A stretch of 64,000 nt of DNA, taken from Candidatus Levybacteria bacterium RIFCSPHIGHO2_01_FULL_38_26 (GTDB lineage Bacteria > Patescibacteriota > Microgenomatia > Levybacterales > UBA12049). Positions 20,305-30,617 of this stretch are shown here, piece by piece. The notes under the pieces are model-generated. The model saw nothing but the letters and a program-made list of their open reading frames with translations. It was not told the origin of the DNA and made no database searches. Both the position numbers and the translations under genes were made by a program. The stretch spans positions 9,540 through 73,539 of the forward strand of contig MFNO01000022.1 of assembly GCA_001782075.1 (NCBI GenBank), written 5' to 3'. How positions within the stretch are numbered: the first letter of the stretch is position 1; each line of letters begins with the position of its first letter.

Positions 20305-22065
20305 TTAACCATTCTCAATCATCGATAGCAGGGCTTCTTGGGGGATGGAGATTTTGGCGTGGGACAACATCCTTGACTTTCCTTTTTTCTGAGCATCCAG
20401 AAGTTTGTCTTTTCTTCTTCTATCTCCGCCAGACATTTTTTGCAAAACGTCTTTTCTAAATGGCGGTATTTCTTCGCGAGCTAAAATATTCCCCGCGACC
20501 AATACTTGAATAACCTGTCTGAATTGCTGGCGAGGCAGAGAGTTTTTGAGTTTCAGTGCTTTTTCTCTTGCGACGCGAGACGCTTCTTCTTCATAGATAG
20601 TCTCGGATAAAACATCAATTGGATTGTCATTTACCCTAACTTCAAGTGGAGTAAGATTTGCTTCTTTATATGTTGACAGTTCATAATCAATACTCGCGTA
20701 ACCATTAGACGCAGCTTTCAACTCGTTTGAAAGACCTCGAATAAACATGCTATATGGCATATCATAGGAAAGCACGACATAATTATCATGGTATGCCATA
20801 TTGGCAAGTTCTCCCAGTCTTCCTTGGCAAACATTCATAACCGGGCCTACGCTGTCTTTGGGCGTATAAACAGAAAGCTTCATGTATGGCTCCAGCATTT
20901 TTCCTTTATCCTGAGCGGAGTCGAAGGATTTTTTATAAAGAACTTGGGGCATTGTTAGCAGAATATCCAGGTTAAACTCTTGTTTTAATCTCTCTTTTAT
21001 AATCTCAGCATGAAGAAGTCCCAGGAATCCGACTCGAAATCCGCTTCCCAAATATGAAGAATATTCATCTGTATAAGTTAGAGCAGTGTCATTTAGAATC
21101 AATTTGTTTAACGACTCTTTTAGCAAAACAAAGTCATTGCTGTTTTTGGGATACATGCCAAAAAACACCATGGGCTTTGGTAGTTGATATCCTGGCAACG
21201 CTTGTACTTCTTCTTCGGACTTTTGACTTGTTATTATTGTGTCTCCGATGCGGCATTGTCTAATATTTTTTATACCAGTAATTACATAACCTATTTCACC
21301 GGTTTGTAATTTGTCCGATGAAACAAGATTTGGCGAAAAATAGCCAATATCAGAAATTTCAGATGTAACATTGTTTTGGAAAAACTTAATACTGTCATGT
21401 TTTTTAATTTCTCCGTCGACAACTTTAACGTATGCAACAACTCCTCTAAATTCATCATAAACTGCATCAAATATTAAAGCTCTTAAGGGTTTTTCTTTCT
21501 TGCCCGAGGGCGGAGGTATTCTTTTTATTATCTCATCTATTAATAAAGTAACATTTTCTCCGTTTTTGGCAGATATATATAGTATTTCTTCTTTCTTAAA
21601 CCCGAAAACACTATTTAGGTCTTTTGTTACAATTTCGGCTTGTGCGTTTGGCAGATCTATCTTGTTAATAACTGGAATAAGCGTGAGGGTTTCTTTTAGC
21701 GCCTCTTTGTAATGCGCCACAGTCTGTGCTTGAATTCCTTGTGTAGCGTCTACCAAAAGTATTGCGCCCTCGCAAGCTGCCAAAGTCCTTGAGACCTCGT
21801 ATGAGAAGTCCACATGACCAGGAGTATCTATCAAGTTCAGAATATATTCTGAAGTTGAATCCTGAACTTTATATTTCATCCTGACTGGCGCAAGCTTAAT
21901 AGTTATTCCCCGCTCTCTGCTTATAGGGTTTTGGTCCAAAAACTGCTCAGCCATTTTTTCTTTTGGCACAGTGTTTGTTATCTCCAGCAGTCTATCGGCA
22001 AGAGTTGATTTGCCATGATCTACATGGGCAATAATGGCAAAATTTCTGATACTTTGTTGATTCAC
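20305..22065 (-). CDS. lepA: elongation factor 4 (LepA)
   Basis: NFAIIAHVDHGKSTLADRLLE G1 motif, DTPGHVDF G3 motif, and the LepA-specific C-terminal domain; 586 aa. Confidence 0.9.
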   Translation of the reverse strand: MNQQSIRNFAIIAHVDHGKSTLADRLLEITNTVPKEKMAEQFLDQNPISRERGITIKLAPVRMKYKVQDSTSEYILNLIDTPGHVDFSYEVSRTLAACEGAILLVDATQGIQAQTVAHYKEALKETLTLIPVINKIDLPNAQAEIVTKDLNSVFGFKKEEILYISAKNGENVTLLIDEIIKRIPPPSGKKEKPLRALIFDAVYDEFRGVVAYVKVVDGEIKKHDSIKFFQNNVTSEISDIGYFSPNLVSSDKLQTGEIGYVITGIKNIRQCRIGDTIITSQKSEEEVQALPGYQLPKPMVFFGMYPKNSNDFVLLKESLNKLILNDTALTYTDEYSSYLGSGFRVGFLGLLHAEIIKERLKQEFNLDILLTMPQVLYKKSFDSAQDKGKMLEPYMKLSVYTPKDSVGPVMNVCQGRLGELANMAYHDNYVVLSYDMPYSMFIRGLSNELKAASNGYASIDYELSTYKEANLTPLEVRVNDNPIDVLSETIYEEEASRVAREKALKLKNSLPRQQFRQVIQVLVAGNILAREEIPPFRKDVLQKMSGGDRRRKDKLLDAQKKGKSRMLSHAKISIPQEALLSMIENG

Positions 22066-22085
22066 CAGGAAGATTATAGCAGAGA

Positions 22086-23858
22086 TTACGCTGCTAATCG
22101 CAAACTGTTTGGTTGGGGGAAGGCGTAATTAATAATATCCTTTAAGTTTCTTGCACCTGAGGCTTTCTCATTGTATCCAGCTAGTTGTCTTTTCACGGAA
22201 TAATCCCAGCTTTCAGGATCTTTTCCATCAACTATTCTTAGACCTCTTTGAGTTTGTCTATAGAGAGAATCTACTTCTTGTTGATGATTTTGGCCTGATA
22301 TGATTAAAGCTGGAGATGGTCTCACATCTGCTACTCCACCATCATCAGTTGAAACTAAAATTGTTCTATTTTTAATTGCCTTAAATATTGATGTTCCGCA
22401 TGCTTCTTTTCCGACAATTGGGTTATTTAGCCATAAATCTGTACCCGCTACCATCCGGCGGGCCAAGTCCTTGTCATAATCCTGAATGTAGTGGGCGCGA
22501 TTTCTAAGAATCGGGTTTTTGTCAATGGTATAAAGAATTTCCGGTATATCTCTACCCATATTGGGAACTTTTCCTGCAAATAAAAAATGAGCATTTTCAC
22601 TTTCAAGAATTTCTGCCAATCTTTCAGGATCTTCAAATGGCATTTCCGGTCTTTTGTAGGGGACAGGTCTTCTTGCCCATCCTATGGTTCTGGAACCATC
22701 CGGGATATATATTGGTTGATTGTATTGATCAAGTCTTGTTGGTAAATATTCCCTAAGCTCTCTTCTTGCTTTGTTTTTTATTGCTATTTGCAGGCTTGGA
22801 TCTAGGCTTAATATCCTTTCCAGCGAATCAGGACTTGGAAGACCGAACTCGTCTATTACACCTTTTTCGCGATCCATCCTTAGGAAATCCGGATGAGTCC
22901 ATCTGGAATGAACACCATTTGTAATTGCGTCAAAAGAGACATTTTGTCCATCAATATTCCTGAATTGTTCGCTTGCTTTTTGTGCATGGGGTTGGCTAAC
23001 GCCTATATATCTTTTGGCAAGAGCAAGGGCAAGATTGCTTAATTTTAATCTACCCCCTCCTTTTTCAACCATTTCCGCAAGCCAATTTCTAACACTTTCG
23101 CTCTTAAGATTCCTTGATACATATCGTTCAGTCTGATCTTCGTTGAACTCCGCTTCAGCTGCCTGCTCCAGAGTATGATTTACATAAATGGTTTTTTCCC
23201 GCACTTGTGATAGAGCTTGAGGTAAAGGTTTTCCGTCCTGACATAATTGATCAAGTTCTGCCAAGGGATAAAACGCAGCAGGCGACTCATTGACAAGAAC
23301 TATAGGTGGATTAATGCCCAGTTCTTTTATTGCTTTAAATCCCCCAAAGCCCAACACTGCTTTCTGATATAATCTGTGTTCTGAATCCGTTGCCCCATGG
23401 TATAAGCCTTTGAGACCGTTTTCGTAAGTGGTAACCATCCTTGAGCTTCCAAGTTCTTGGGTGTAAAGTTCAAGGGACGGCTCATCTCCATTAGCTTTGA
23501 TGTTGATTGAAACCGGTTCTTTTTTAAAACCGTTATTTTCCGGGTGCACGCTATATGTTTCTTCTCCCGGCCAGAGATTTGAGAGTTTTTGTCTCCACCT
23601 ATCGGGAGGAGAAAAAGTGAGGGCCGCATACGGGATTCCTGCGTCTGCTGCCTGGTGGAACTTGTCTCCCTCTAAAATTCCTAGGCCTCCTGCGAAAGCA
23701 CCGCCTAAAGCGTCATTTTCCATAGAGATAGAAAGGATTGGGGTTTGGGGGGAGAGAATTTTTTTTAGCTCAGAGCGACCTATGACATCTAAAAATGTCT
23801 TTTTACTAGGCAGTTCAGGAATAAGGCCATTATGACTTAACTGTTCAGCAGCTGCCAT
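22086..23858 (-). CDS. GT35-family alpha-glucan phosphorylase-like protein (short form)
   Basis: VNHTLEQA (cf. TNHT of glycogen phosphorylases) and EACGTSIFKAIKNRTILVSTDDGGVADV (cf. the PLP-lysine region EASGTSNMKF...GTMDGANVE). Confidence 0.5.
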   Translation of the reverse strand: MAAAEQLSHNGLIPELPSKKTFLDVIGRSELKKILSPQTPILSISMENDALGGAFAGGLGILEGDKFHQAADAGIPYAALTFSPPDRWRQKLSNLWPGEETYSVHPENNGFKKEPVSINIKANGDEPSLELYTQELGSSRMVTTYENGLKGLYHGATDSEHRLYQKAVLGFGGFKAIKELGINPPIVLVNESPAAFYPLAELDQLCQDGKPLPQALSQVREKTIYVNHTLEQAAEAEFNEDQTERYVSRNLKSESVRNWLAEMVEKGGGRLKLSNLALALAKRYIGVSQPHAQKASEQFRNIDGQNVSFDAITNGVHSRWTHPDFLRMDREKGVIDEFGLPSPDSLERILSLDPSLQIAIKNKARRELREYLPTRLDQYNQPIYIPDGSRTIGWARRPVPYKRPEMPFEDPERLAEILESENAHFLFAGKVPNMGRDIPEILYTIDKNPILRNRAHYIQDYDKDLARRMVAGTDLWLNNPIVGKEACGTSIFKAIKNRTILVSTDDGGVADVRPSPALIISGQNHQQEVDSLYRQTQRGLRIVDGKDPESWDYSVKRQLAGYNEKASGARNLKDIINYAFPQPNSLRLAA

Positions 23859-23944
23859 TTAATTTTGTCCTTATGTTATAGTATAAATTATAGTGCTTGG
23901 TTATTCTAACTTTCTTGACACAATCCTGACAAATTAGTTTGTCA

Positions 23945-25672
23945 TTACGGTTTTACAGTAGTTGCGTCTATAACTTCGTCGCTTTTCTTCAGAACTTCCC
24001 TCCAGTTGCCGATTTTTTTGAAAATAAGTAGAAACGTTGTTGCTTCTTTGACATTAAAAAGCCATGTTAAGAAAAGATAGAGACTAAGTCCTGCGAAAGC
24101 AGAAATTCCAGTAAGCATTATTAGGTTTATTGTTCGGGTTGTGTCAAAAACCAGTTGGTCTAAAAGTTTTATGGGGATATAAAGAGCAAAACCAGTAAAA
24201 AAAGTGGCTGAGAAGATTTTAAGTATTGGGAAAATTAGCGACGTTTTTTTAAATCCGCCAACCTTTCTATCAAGAAAAATGAATAAAATTACAAGATTAA
24301 TAATAGTAGCGATGGAATAAGCAGCCGCCATGCTTTCAATACCAAGTCCTGAGGAAAAGATAAATAAAAATCCAAGCGCGATCATAACAGCTGTGGTTGT
24401 AGCTCCTATATACAATGGTGTTTTTGTGTCGTGCAGGGCATAAAATCCTCTAGATACCAAATAGATAAGCGCTTGAGCAAAAAGTGATATGCTGAAAAAA
24501 GCAAGAGTTTTTCCTGTAAGAACAGTAGCTTCCCAGTCAAACTGTCCTGCTCCAAAAATAAGTCTTACAATAGGTATTCTTAATACAAGAAGGAGAACAG
24601 ATACAGGTAGAATTAGATAAAGTATTTGGTTAAAGCTAGCGACAAAAGTTGTCTTGAAGTTTTCTAAATTGTTTTTCTCTCTAGATAGGATCGGGAAGGC
24701 TGCCTGGGCGATAGACTGTCCGAAAAGAACAATTGGCGCGAATGCCAGGGTTTGGGCATAGTCAAATATTACATAATTTCTTCCAGGATTTGGCAGAAAG
24801 GAAATAATTGCCACTATTGCAATAGTGCCCATCTGGAAAATCGCCATTGCAACAGTTCGAGGCCACATAAGATGAAGAACCGCTAGCACTCCCGGTACTC
24901 TAAAGGAAAACGTTGGCTTGAAAGAAAACCCTATTTTTTTTACCATTGGAAGCTGAACGATAATAAAAAATAAAGCGCCAAGTAAGACTCCATAAGCTGG
25001 AGAAAAGATGCCAACTGTAGAGGAGAGAGTTATTATTCCGGTGATAATACCCAAGTTGTATAGCGCCGCTGCAATTCCTGGAATAAAAAAATGATTGTAC
25101 GATTGAAGCAGCGCAGAAAAAAAAGTTCCTATTATAAATAGTAATTGTCCAAAGATAATAATTCTTGTCAAATTTGCCATAAGATTCATTTCTTCATTTG
25201 AGAATCCAGACCCAAGATTAAAAATCGTGAGAAAAAAAGGAGCCCAAACAAAAAGTATCGCAGAAAGCACAGCAAAGATTGAAACTCCTATAGCAAGAAG
25301 ACTAGATGCCATTTTATGAGCTTCTTGAACCTTGTTTTTAGATAAATAGTCGGAGAAAATAGGAATAAATGCTGAGGCAAGAGCGCCCGCGATGATCAGC
25401 TGAAATAGAAAGTCAGGAAGGCGAGTGGAGGCAAGGTAAATACCTAAAGTGTCTGAAGCGCCAAAAATAGAAACTAAAAGTCTTTGCTTAATAAGTCCTA
25501 AAATTTGCGACAATATTATGGTTACCATGATGATAAAAGCTGCGGAGAGTATGTTGGTTTGACTTTTCAGAAGGAGGCTGAAGCCTTTTCTAAATAATTC
25601 GTGCGGCATATGTATTTGCGATTTACAGTATATCATGCTAAAATATCCCAATGCCAGTAATAAAAAGTGCAA
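23945..25672 (-). CDS. murJ: MurJ/MviN-family lipid II flippase-like polytopic membrane protein
   Basis: 575 aa with about 14 TM helices and the MOP-superfamily pattern. The annotated start overlaps rpsT by 22 bp, so the true start is probably an internal Met. Confidence 0.55.
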   Translation of the reverse strand: MHFLLLALGYFSMIYCKSQIHMPHELFRKGFSLLLKSQTNILSAAFIIMVTIILSQILGLIKQRLLVSIFGASDTLGIYLASTRLPDFLFQLIIAGALASAFIPIFSDYLSKNKVQEAHKMASSLLAIGVSIFAVLSAILFVWAPFFLTIFNLGSGFSNEEMNLMANLTRIIIFGQLLFIIGTFFSALLQSYNHFFIPGIAAALYNLGIITGIITLSSTVGIFSPAYGVLLGALFFIIVQLPMVKKIGFSFKPTFSFRVPGVLAVLHLMWPRTVAMAIFQMGTIAIVAIISFLPNPGRNYVIFDYAQTLAFAPIVLFGQSIAQAAFPILSREKNNLENFKTTFVASFNQILYLILPVSVLLLVLRIPIVRLIFGAGQFDWEATVLTGKTLAFFSISLFAQALIYLVSRGFYALHDTKTPLYIGATTTAVMIALGFLFIFSSGLGIESMAAAYSIATIINLVILFIFLDRKVGGFKKTSLIFPILKIFSATFFTGFALYIPIKLLDQLVFDTTRTINLIMLTGISAFAGLSLYLFLTWLFNVKEATTFLLIFKKIGNWREVLKKSDEVIDATTVKP

Positions 25673-25971
25673 AAAAGAAATTGCGCCAAGACAGAAAAAG
25701 GACGGCGCTGAATAAAAAATTTGAGGATCTATTCAGAAAATTAATCAAGCAGGCGGAAAAAAATTCTACAGAAGCAAACATCAGAAAAGCGGTAGTTGCT
25801 ATTGACAAAGCCGCAAAAAAAGACATAATCCACAAAAACAAAGCATCAAGACTTAAATCTAATCTTTCAAAACTTTTAAAAAGAGAAAAAAAGACACCTA
25901 CGAAAAACTTAAAGGCAACCCCAAAATCTTCCTCGAAGAGGAAGTCTTCGAAGATAAAAAAGAAAAAGTAA
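25651..25971 (+). CDS. rpsT: ribosomal protein S20 with a Lys-rich C-terminal extension
   Basis: MPVIKSAKKKLRQDRKRTALNKK matches the S20 N-terminus (MANIKSAKKR...). Confidence 0.8.
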   Translation: MPVIKSAKKKLRQDRKRTALNKKFEDLFRKLIKQAEKNSTEANIRKAVVAIDKAAKKDIIHKNKASRLKSNLSKLLKREKKTPTKNLKATPKSSSKRKSSKIKKKK

Positions 25972-26057
25972 TTTTTGGGGTATTGACGGGAATATAAATA
26001 TGGTGTATATTCCTAACTAGCCTTATAAGTCATAAGGTAATTTTTTTTTTATAAATT

Positions 26058-27245
26058 ATGGCAGAAGCTAAAAAGTTTGAGAGGACAAAACCCCATGTAA
26101 ACATTGGAACTATTGGTCATGTTGATCACGGTAAGACAACTCTGACCGCAGCAATTTCCACAGTTTTATCTAAAAAAGGAATGGCATCTGCCAAAAAATA
26201 TGAAGATATTGACAATGCTCCAGAGGAAAAAGCAAGAGGAGTTACGATTAATATCTCCCATATTGAGTACGAAACAGACAAAAGACATTACGCGCACATC
26301 GATGCCCCAGGTCACGCAGATTATATAAAGAACATGATTACCGGCGCCGCGCAGATGGACGGTGCTATTTTGGTGGTTTCTGCTCCAGATGGTCCAATGC
26401 CTCAGACTAGAGAGCATATTCTTCTTGCCCGCCAGGTTGGAGTTCCGGCAATTGTTGTTTTCCTTAACAAAGTTGACATGGTACAGGACAAAGAACTTTT
26501 GGAATTGGTTGAGATGGAAGTGAAAGAGCTTTTGACAAAATATCAATATCCCGGCAATGAAGTGCCGATAATAAGAGGCTCGGCTCTTAAGGCTCTTGAA
26601 GGAGATGCGGAAGCGGAGAAGCAAATAATGGCATTGATGGAAGCTGTGGACAGTTATGTTCCTACGCCCAAGCGTGACATTGACAAGCCGTTCTTGATGC
26701 CAATTGAAGACGTATTCTCAATTAAAGGTCGCGGAACAGTAGTAACAGGTAGAATTGAAAGAGGAAAAGTAAAAGTAAATGAGTCAGTTGAAATCGTTGG
26801 AATTCGAGACACAAAGTCTTCGGTAGTAACAGGTGTTGAGATGTTTAAAAAGCAGCTTGATGAGGGACAAGCAGGTGATAATGTAGGACTCTTGATAAGA
26901 GGAATTGAAAAAGACGATGTTGAAAGAGGTCAGGTAATCGCAAAGCCAGGAAGCATTACTCCCCACAAAGAATTTGAAGCAGAAGCTTATATATTGACCA
27001 AAGAAGAAGGTGGTCGTCATACACCATTCTTTACAGGATACAGACCCCAGTTTTATATAAGAACTACAGATGTGACTGCAGAAGTAAATCTTCCAAAGGG
27101 TGTCGAGATGGTCATGCCAGGAGACAGCACAAAGATGTCTGTAAAGCTAATTGTGCCTGTTGCCCTTGAGGACGGGTTGCGATTTGCAATAAGAGAAGGC
27201 GGAAAGACAGTTGGAGCCGGAGTTATCTCTAAAGTAATAGCATAA
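26058..27245 (+). CDS. tuf: elongation factor Tu
   Basis: [40 protein letters not shown] and NKVDMV motifs; 395 aa. Confidence 0.98.
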   Translation: MAEAKKFERTKPHVNIGTIGHVDHGKTTLTAAISTVLSKKGMASAKKYEDIDNAPEEKARGVTINISHIEYETDKRHYAHIDAPGHADYIKNMITGAAQMDGAILVVSAPDGPMPQTREHILLARQVGVPAIVVFLNKVDMVQDKELLELVEMEVKELLTKYQYPGNEVPIIRGSALKALEGDAEAEKQIMALMEAVDSYVPTPKRDIDKPFLMPIEDVFSIKGRGTVVTGRIERGKVKVNESVEIVGIRDTKSSVVTGVEMFKKQLDEGQAGDNVGLLIRGIEKDDVERGQVIAKPGSITPHKEFEAEAYILTKEEGGRHTPFFTGYRPQFYIRTTDVTAEVNLPKGVEMVMPGDSTKMSVKLIVPVALEDGLRFAIREGGKTVGAGVISKVIA

Positions 27246-27258
27246 GTACTTTAAAATA

Positions 27259-27567
27259 ATGCCTAAAGGAAGAATTAGGGTTCGTTTAAAAAGTTATGAC
27301 GCAAGAGTCATAGACGCTTGCTGTCAGCAGATTTTAGATACGGCAATACGTACCGGCGCCAAGGTAGTAGGACCAATCCCTCTTCCCACAAAACGTACTG
27401 TTTATGCCGTCAACAAATCTCCATTCATAGATAAAGACGCTAGAGACCACTTCGAAATGAAAGTTCACAAAAGGCTTATTGATATAATTTCACCAACAGA
27501 TAAAACAATCGACAGCCTCACCCATCTGGAACTCCCCGCAGGGGTAAATATTGAGGTAAGGATGTAG
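27259..27567 (+). CDS. rpsJ: ribosomal protein S10
   Basis: 102 aa with an S10-like sequence (IRVRLKSYD...); directly after tuf. Confidence 0.95.
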   Translation: MPKGRIRVRLKSYDARVIDACCQQILDTAIRTGAKVVGPIPLPTKRTVYAVNKSPFIDKDARDHFEMKVHKRLIDIISPTDKTIDSLTHLELPAGVNIEVRM

Positions 27568-27600
27568 TTTTCTTTTCCTAATTGTTACACATACTCCATG

Positions 27601-27629
27601 TTGCAATTCTTCGATGAGCGTTATATAAT
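27601..27629 (+). promoter_or_regulatory. near-consensus sigma70 promoter inside the rpsJ-rplC spacer
   Basis: TTGCAA (27601-27606), 17 nt, TATAAT (27624-27629). Confidence 0.45.
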
Positions 27630-27719
27630 AGCCTTAAGTTAAGTCATGAGAAACCGAGCAAAGGAGGTATTCTTGGCTGCATAGTAGAAAGCTTTAGGGA
27701 AGAAATTCCTTGAATCAGA

Positions 27720-27745
27720 AGCGACTCTATGTAGTCGCTTTTTTT
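27720..27745 (+). terminator. intrinsic terminator/attenuator hairpin immediately upstream of the rplC start
   Basis: AGCGACT-CTATGT-AGTCGCT (7-bp perfect stem, 27720-27739) followed by TTTTTT (27740-27745). Confidence 0.55.
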
Positions 27746-27761
27746 GTTGTCAATTTTATTT

Positions 27762-28490
27762 ATGGCTCTACAGGCGTTATTAGGAAAAAAAATTGAACAG
27801 TCACAAAGATTTCTGGAAGATGGAACTCGTATTCCTGTTACAAGAATTCAAGTTTCAGGAAATGTGGTTGTTTCGGTTAAAACTAAAGATAAGAACGGGT
27901 ATGATGCCGTGCAAATTGGCTTTGGAACCAAAAAGAAGCCCGATAAAGCACTCCTGGGAATTGTTAAAAAAGCAAATCTTAAGACAGCTCCTTATACGCT
28001 AAAAGAAGTAAAATATGCTGACGCAGATGGTTCTGCGGCTCCGAGCATCAGCGAGGCGATTAAAGCTTTAGAGGTTTTTAAGCCAGGGGACATAGTTGAT
28101 GTTATTGGTATATCAAAAGGAAAAGGATTTGCGGGAGTCGTAAAAAGACATCATTTTAAAGGCGGACCAAGAACACATGGACAATCAGATAGAGAAAGAG
28201 CGCCTGGGTCAATTGGTCAGACAACCACCCCAGGTAGAGTTTACAAAGGCAAAAAAATGGCAGGAAGGATGGGGGCAGATCGAGTTACTCTGCAGAATTT
28301 ACAATTAATAGACGTATCTGATGATACGCTTTTAATCAAAGGTTTGGTTCCGGGAGGACGAAACAACTTGTTAACCATCAAAAAAGTGAGAGAGGCTAAA
28401 AAATTTATTCCTTTATATAAAGAACCAGAAGAGACAAAGGAGCCGCAGGAGGAAGTGAAAAAGGAGGAAAAGAAAGAAGATGGCAAATAG
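27762..28490 (+). CDS. rplC: ribosomal protein L3
   Basis: From ATG 27762 the protein starts MALQALLGKKIEQSQRF, matching the L3 N-terminus (M..LLGKKIGMTQIF). The track start TTG 27744 lies inside the terminator T-run and is rejected. Confidence 0.9.
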   Translation: MALQALLGKKIEQSQRFLEDGTRIPVTRIQVSGNVVVSVKTKDKNGYDAVQIGFGTKKKPDKALLGIVKKANLKTAPYTLKEVKYADADGSAAPSISEAIKALEVFKPGDIVDVIGISKGKGFAGVVKRHHFKGGPRTHGQSDRERAPGSIGQTTTPGRVYKGKKMAGRMGADRVTLQNLQLIDVSDDTLLIKGLVPGGRNNLLTIKKVREAKKFIPLYKEPEETKEPQEEVKKEEKKEDGK

Positions 28491-29250
28491 TAAGAAATTA
28501 GAAATAAAAAGTAAAAAGTCAGAAGTAAAAGCAAAGAGTTCAGTTAAGGCTTCGGCAAACGCGCAAAAGTTAAGAGCGGCAGTTAAGAAAACAGGCGAAT
28601 TGAGCTTGGATTTATTTGATATTAAAGGTAAGACAGCGGGGAAAATTGATTTACCAAAGGAAATTTTTGGAGCAAAGATAAACAATCAGCTTTTAGCTCA
28701 AGCAGTCAGAGTTTATCTTGCAAATCAAAGAAAGGGCACCGCAGAGACCAAAACAAGAGGAGAAGTTCATGGATCAACAAGAAAGATTTGGAGACAGAAA
28801 GGAACTGGTCGAGCAAGACACGGTTCTAAAAAAGCTCCTATTTTTGTTCACGGCGGTATTGCTTTTGGTCCTCATCCTCGTGACTTTTCTCTAAAAATTT
28901 CAAAAAAAATGAAAAGACAGGCGCTTTTTTCTGCTTTATCCTCAAAGCTTAAGAGTAATGAAATAAAGGCCGTAACAGGACTTGAAAAACTAGATCCAAA
29001 GACTAAGTCGATGGCAGATGTTATTAATAATTTAGGAATAGACAAAAAGAAGAGGAATATACTTATGATAACTCCTCTGAAAAATGATTTAGAAAATGTT
29101 TATAGAGCAGCAAGAAATTTAGAGGGAGTGCGTATCTTAAACGCGAATGTGCTTAATACCTATGATGTATTGAATAACAGGTTGATACTCTTAATGGACA
29201 AGGCAGTAGATTCGATAAAAGAGAATTTCGCCAACGCAAAGATTAATTAA
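28480..29250 (+). CDS. rplD: ribosomal protein L4
   Basis: Position after rplC; L4-like body with a Lys-rich N-terminal extension. Confidence 0.9.
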   Translation: MANSKKLEIKSKKSEVKAKSSVKASANAQKLRAAVKKTGELSLDLFDIKGKTAGKIDLPKEIFGAKINNQLLAQAVRVYLANQRKGTAETKTRGEVHGSTRKIWRQKGTGRARHGSKKAPIFVHGGIAFGPHPRDFSLKISKKMKRQALFSALSSKLKSNEIKAVTGLEKLDPKTKSMADVINNLGIDKKKRNILMITPLKNDLENVYRAARNLEGVRILNANVLNTYDVLNNRLILLMDKAVDSIKENFANAKIN

Positions 29251-29251
29251 T

Positions 29252-29551
29252 ATGGATATAAATGATGTTATTATTGCGCCTATAATAAGTGAGAAATCAA
29301 TGAAAGATGTAAGTCTTCATAAATTTACATTTAAAGTTGCGGGAAAAGCTAACAAGAGATTTATTAAAAAAGCAATCCAGGACAAATTTAATGTAGACGT
29401 ATTGGATATTTCAACAAATATCGTGAAAGGAAAAAAGATGAGGGTTGGTTTGAGAAGAACCGAGGTTGAGAAAAGTCCCTGGAAAAAGGCGATTGTTACT
29501 TTGCCTCAAGAACAAAAAATTGCATTGTTTGATGTGGGAGGAAAATCTTAG
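29252..29551 (+). CDS. rplW: ribosomal protein L23
   Basis: 99 aa; conserved gene order. Confidence 0.9.
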   Translation: MDINDVIIAPIISEKSMKDVSLHKFTFKVAGKANKRFIKKAIQDKFNVDVLDISTNIVKGKKMRVGLRRTEVEKSPWKKAIVTLPQEQKIALFDVGGKS

Positions 29552-29556
29552 AAATT

Positions 29557-30297
29557 ATGAGTAAATTAAAGATTATTAAAAAGAAAAGATCCGGCAGGGA
29601 TTCAAGCGGCAGAATCTCTGTTCGTCACAAAGGCGGAGAGCACAAAAGATTTTTGCGAAATATTGATTTTAAGCGAGATAAGTTAGGAGTTTCTGGCAGA
29701 GTTGTCTCTATTGAATACGATCCAAATAGAACTTCTGATATTTCGCTTATCCAATACACCGATGGAGAAAAGCGCTATATTTTAAGACCTGAGGAGATAA
29801 ATCTTAATGATGTTATAAAGTCGGGTCAAGATGTAGAAATTAGGCCTGGAAATACATTGCCTTTGGCTTCGATGCCGGTTGGAACGGCGGTTCATAATAT
29901 AGAGCTTACACCAGGACACGGCGGTCAGCTGGCTCGAACAGCCGGGTCCTTCGCAACCGTATTGGCAAAAGAAGGTAATTATGTAAACTTGAAACTTCCC
30001 TCGGGAGAGATGAGAAGGGTGAGAAAGGAATGTTATGCAACTGTGGGCAATTTGGGTAATGTGAATTGGAAGAATGAAGTTATAGGAAAAGCAGGAAGGA
30101 AAAGAAATATGGGTATAAGGCCAACTGTTCGAGGGGTTGCGCAAAACCCAAGATCTCATGCGCATGGAGGAGGAGAGGGAAGAAGCGGAATTGGCATGCC
30201 TACGCCAAAAAATTATAGAGGCAGAAAAGCAGTCGGCAAGACGAGAAGAAAGAAAAAGTATTCAGATAAGTTTATTTTACAAAGGAGAAAAAAATAA
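29557..30297 (+). CDS. rplB: ribosomal protein L2
   Basis: Conserved C-terminal region GRKRNMGIRPTVRGVAQNPRSHAHGGGEG (cf. the L2 segment ...GVAMNPVDHPHGGGEG). Confidence 0.95.
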   Translation: MSKLKIIKKKRSGRDSSGRISVRHKGGEHKRFLRNIDFKRDKLGVSGRVVSIEYDPNRTSDISLIQYTDGEKRYILRPEEINLNDVIKSGQDVEIRPGNTLPLASMPVGTAVHNIELTPGHGGQLARTAGSFATVLAKEGNYVNLKLPSGEMRRVRKECYATVGNLGNVNWKNEVIGKAGRKRNMGIRPTVRGVAQNPRSHAHGGGEGRSGIGMPTPKNYRGRKAVGKTRRKKKYSDKFILQRRKK

Positions 30298-30582
30298 ATG
30301 GGACGTTCAATAAAAAAAGGTCCATACATTGATCAAAAATTGCTTAAAAAAGTATTGAGACAAAAACAGATGGGTGATAAAACTGCTATAAAAACTTGGG
30401 CTAGAGCGTCACAGATTCCTCCAGAATTCGTTGGTCAAACAATTGCGATTCACAATGGCAGAATATTTATTAACATATTAATACAGGAGGGAATGGTTGG
30501 TCATCGTTTGGGTGAATTTGCGCCAACAAGAACTTTTAGAAGCCATGGAAGAGTTGTAGCAAGAGAGATTAGCAAGACTTAA
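30298..30582 (+). CDS. rpsS: ribosomal protein S19
   Basis: [18 protein letters not shown]...IAIHNGR, the canonical S19 pattern. Confidence 0.95.
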   Translation: MGRSIKKGPYIDQKLLKKVLRQKQMGDKTAIKTWARASQIPPEFVGQTIAIHNGRIFINILIQEGMVGHRLGEFAPTRTFRSHGRVVAREISKT

Positions 30583-30617
30583 AGACTAAAGGATTTATCG
30601 CTAAGATCTTAAAATAT

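Noticed and set aside
27744-27761. TTG 27744 as the rplC start (ORF track)
   Set aside because: This codon lies within the T-run of the upstream terminator hairpin. The protein from ATG 27762 matches the conserved L3 N-terminus.
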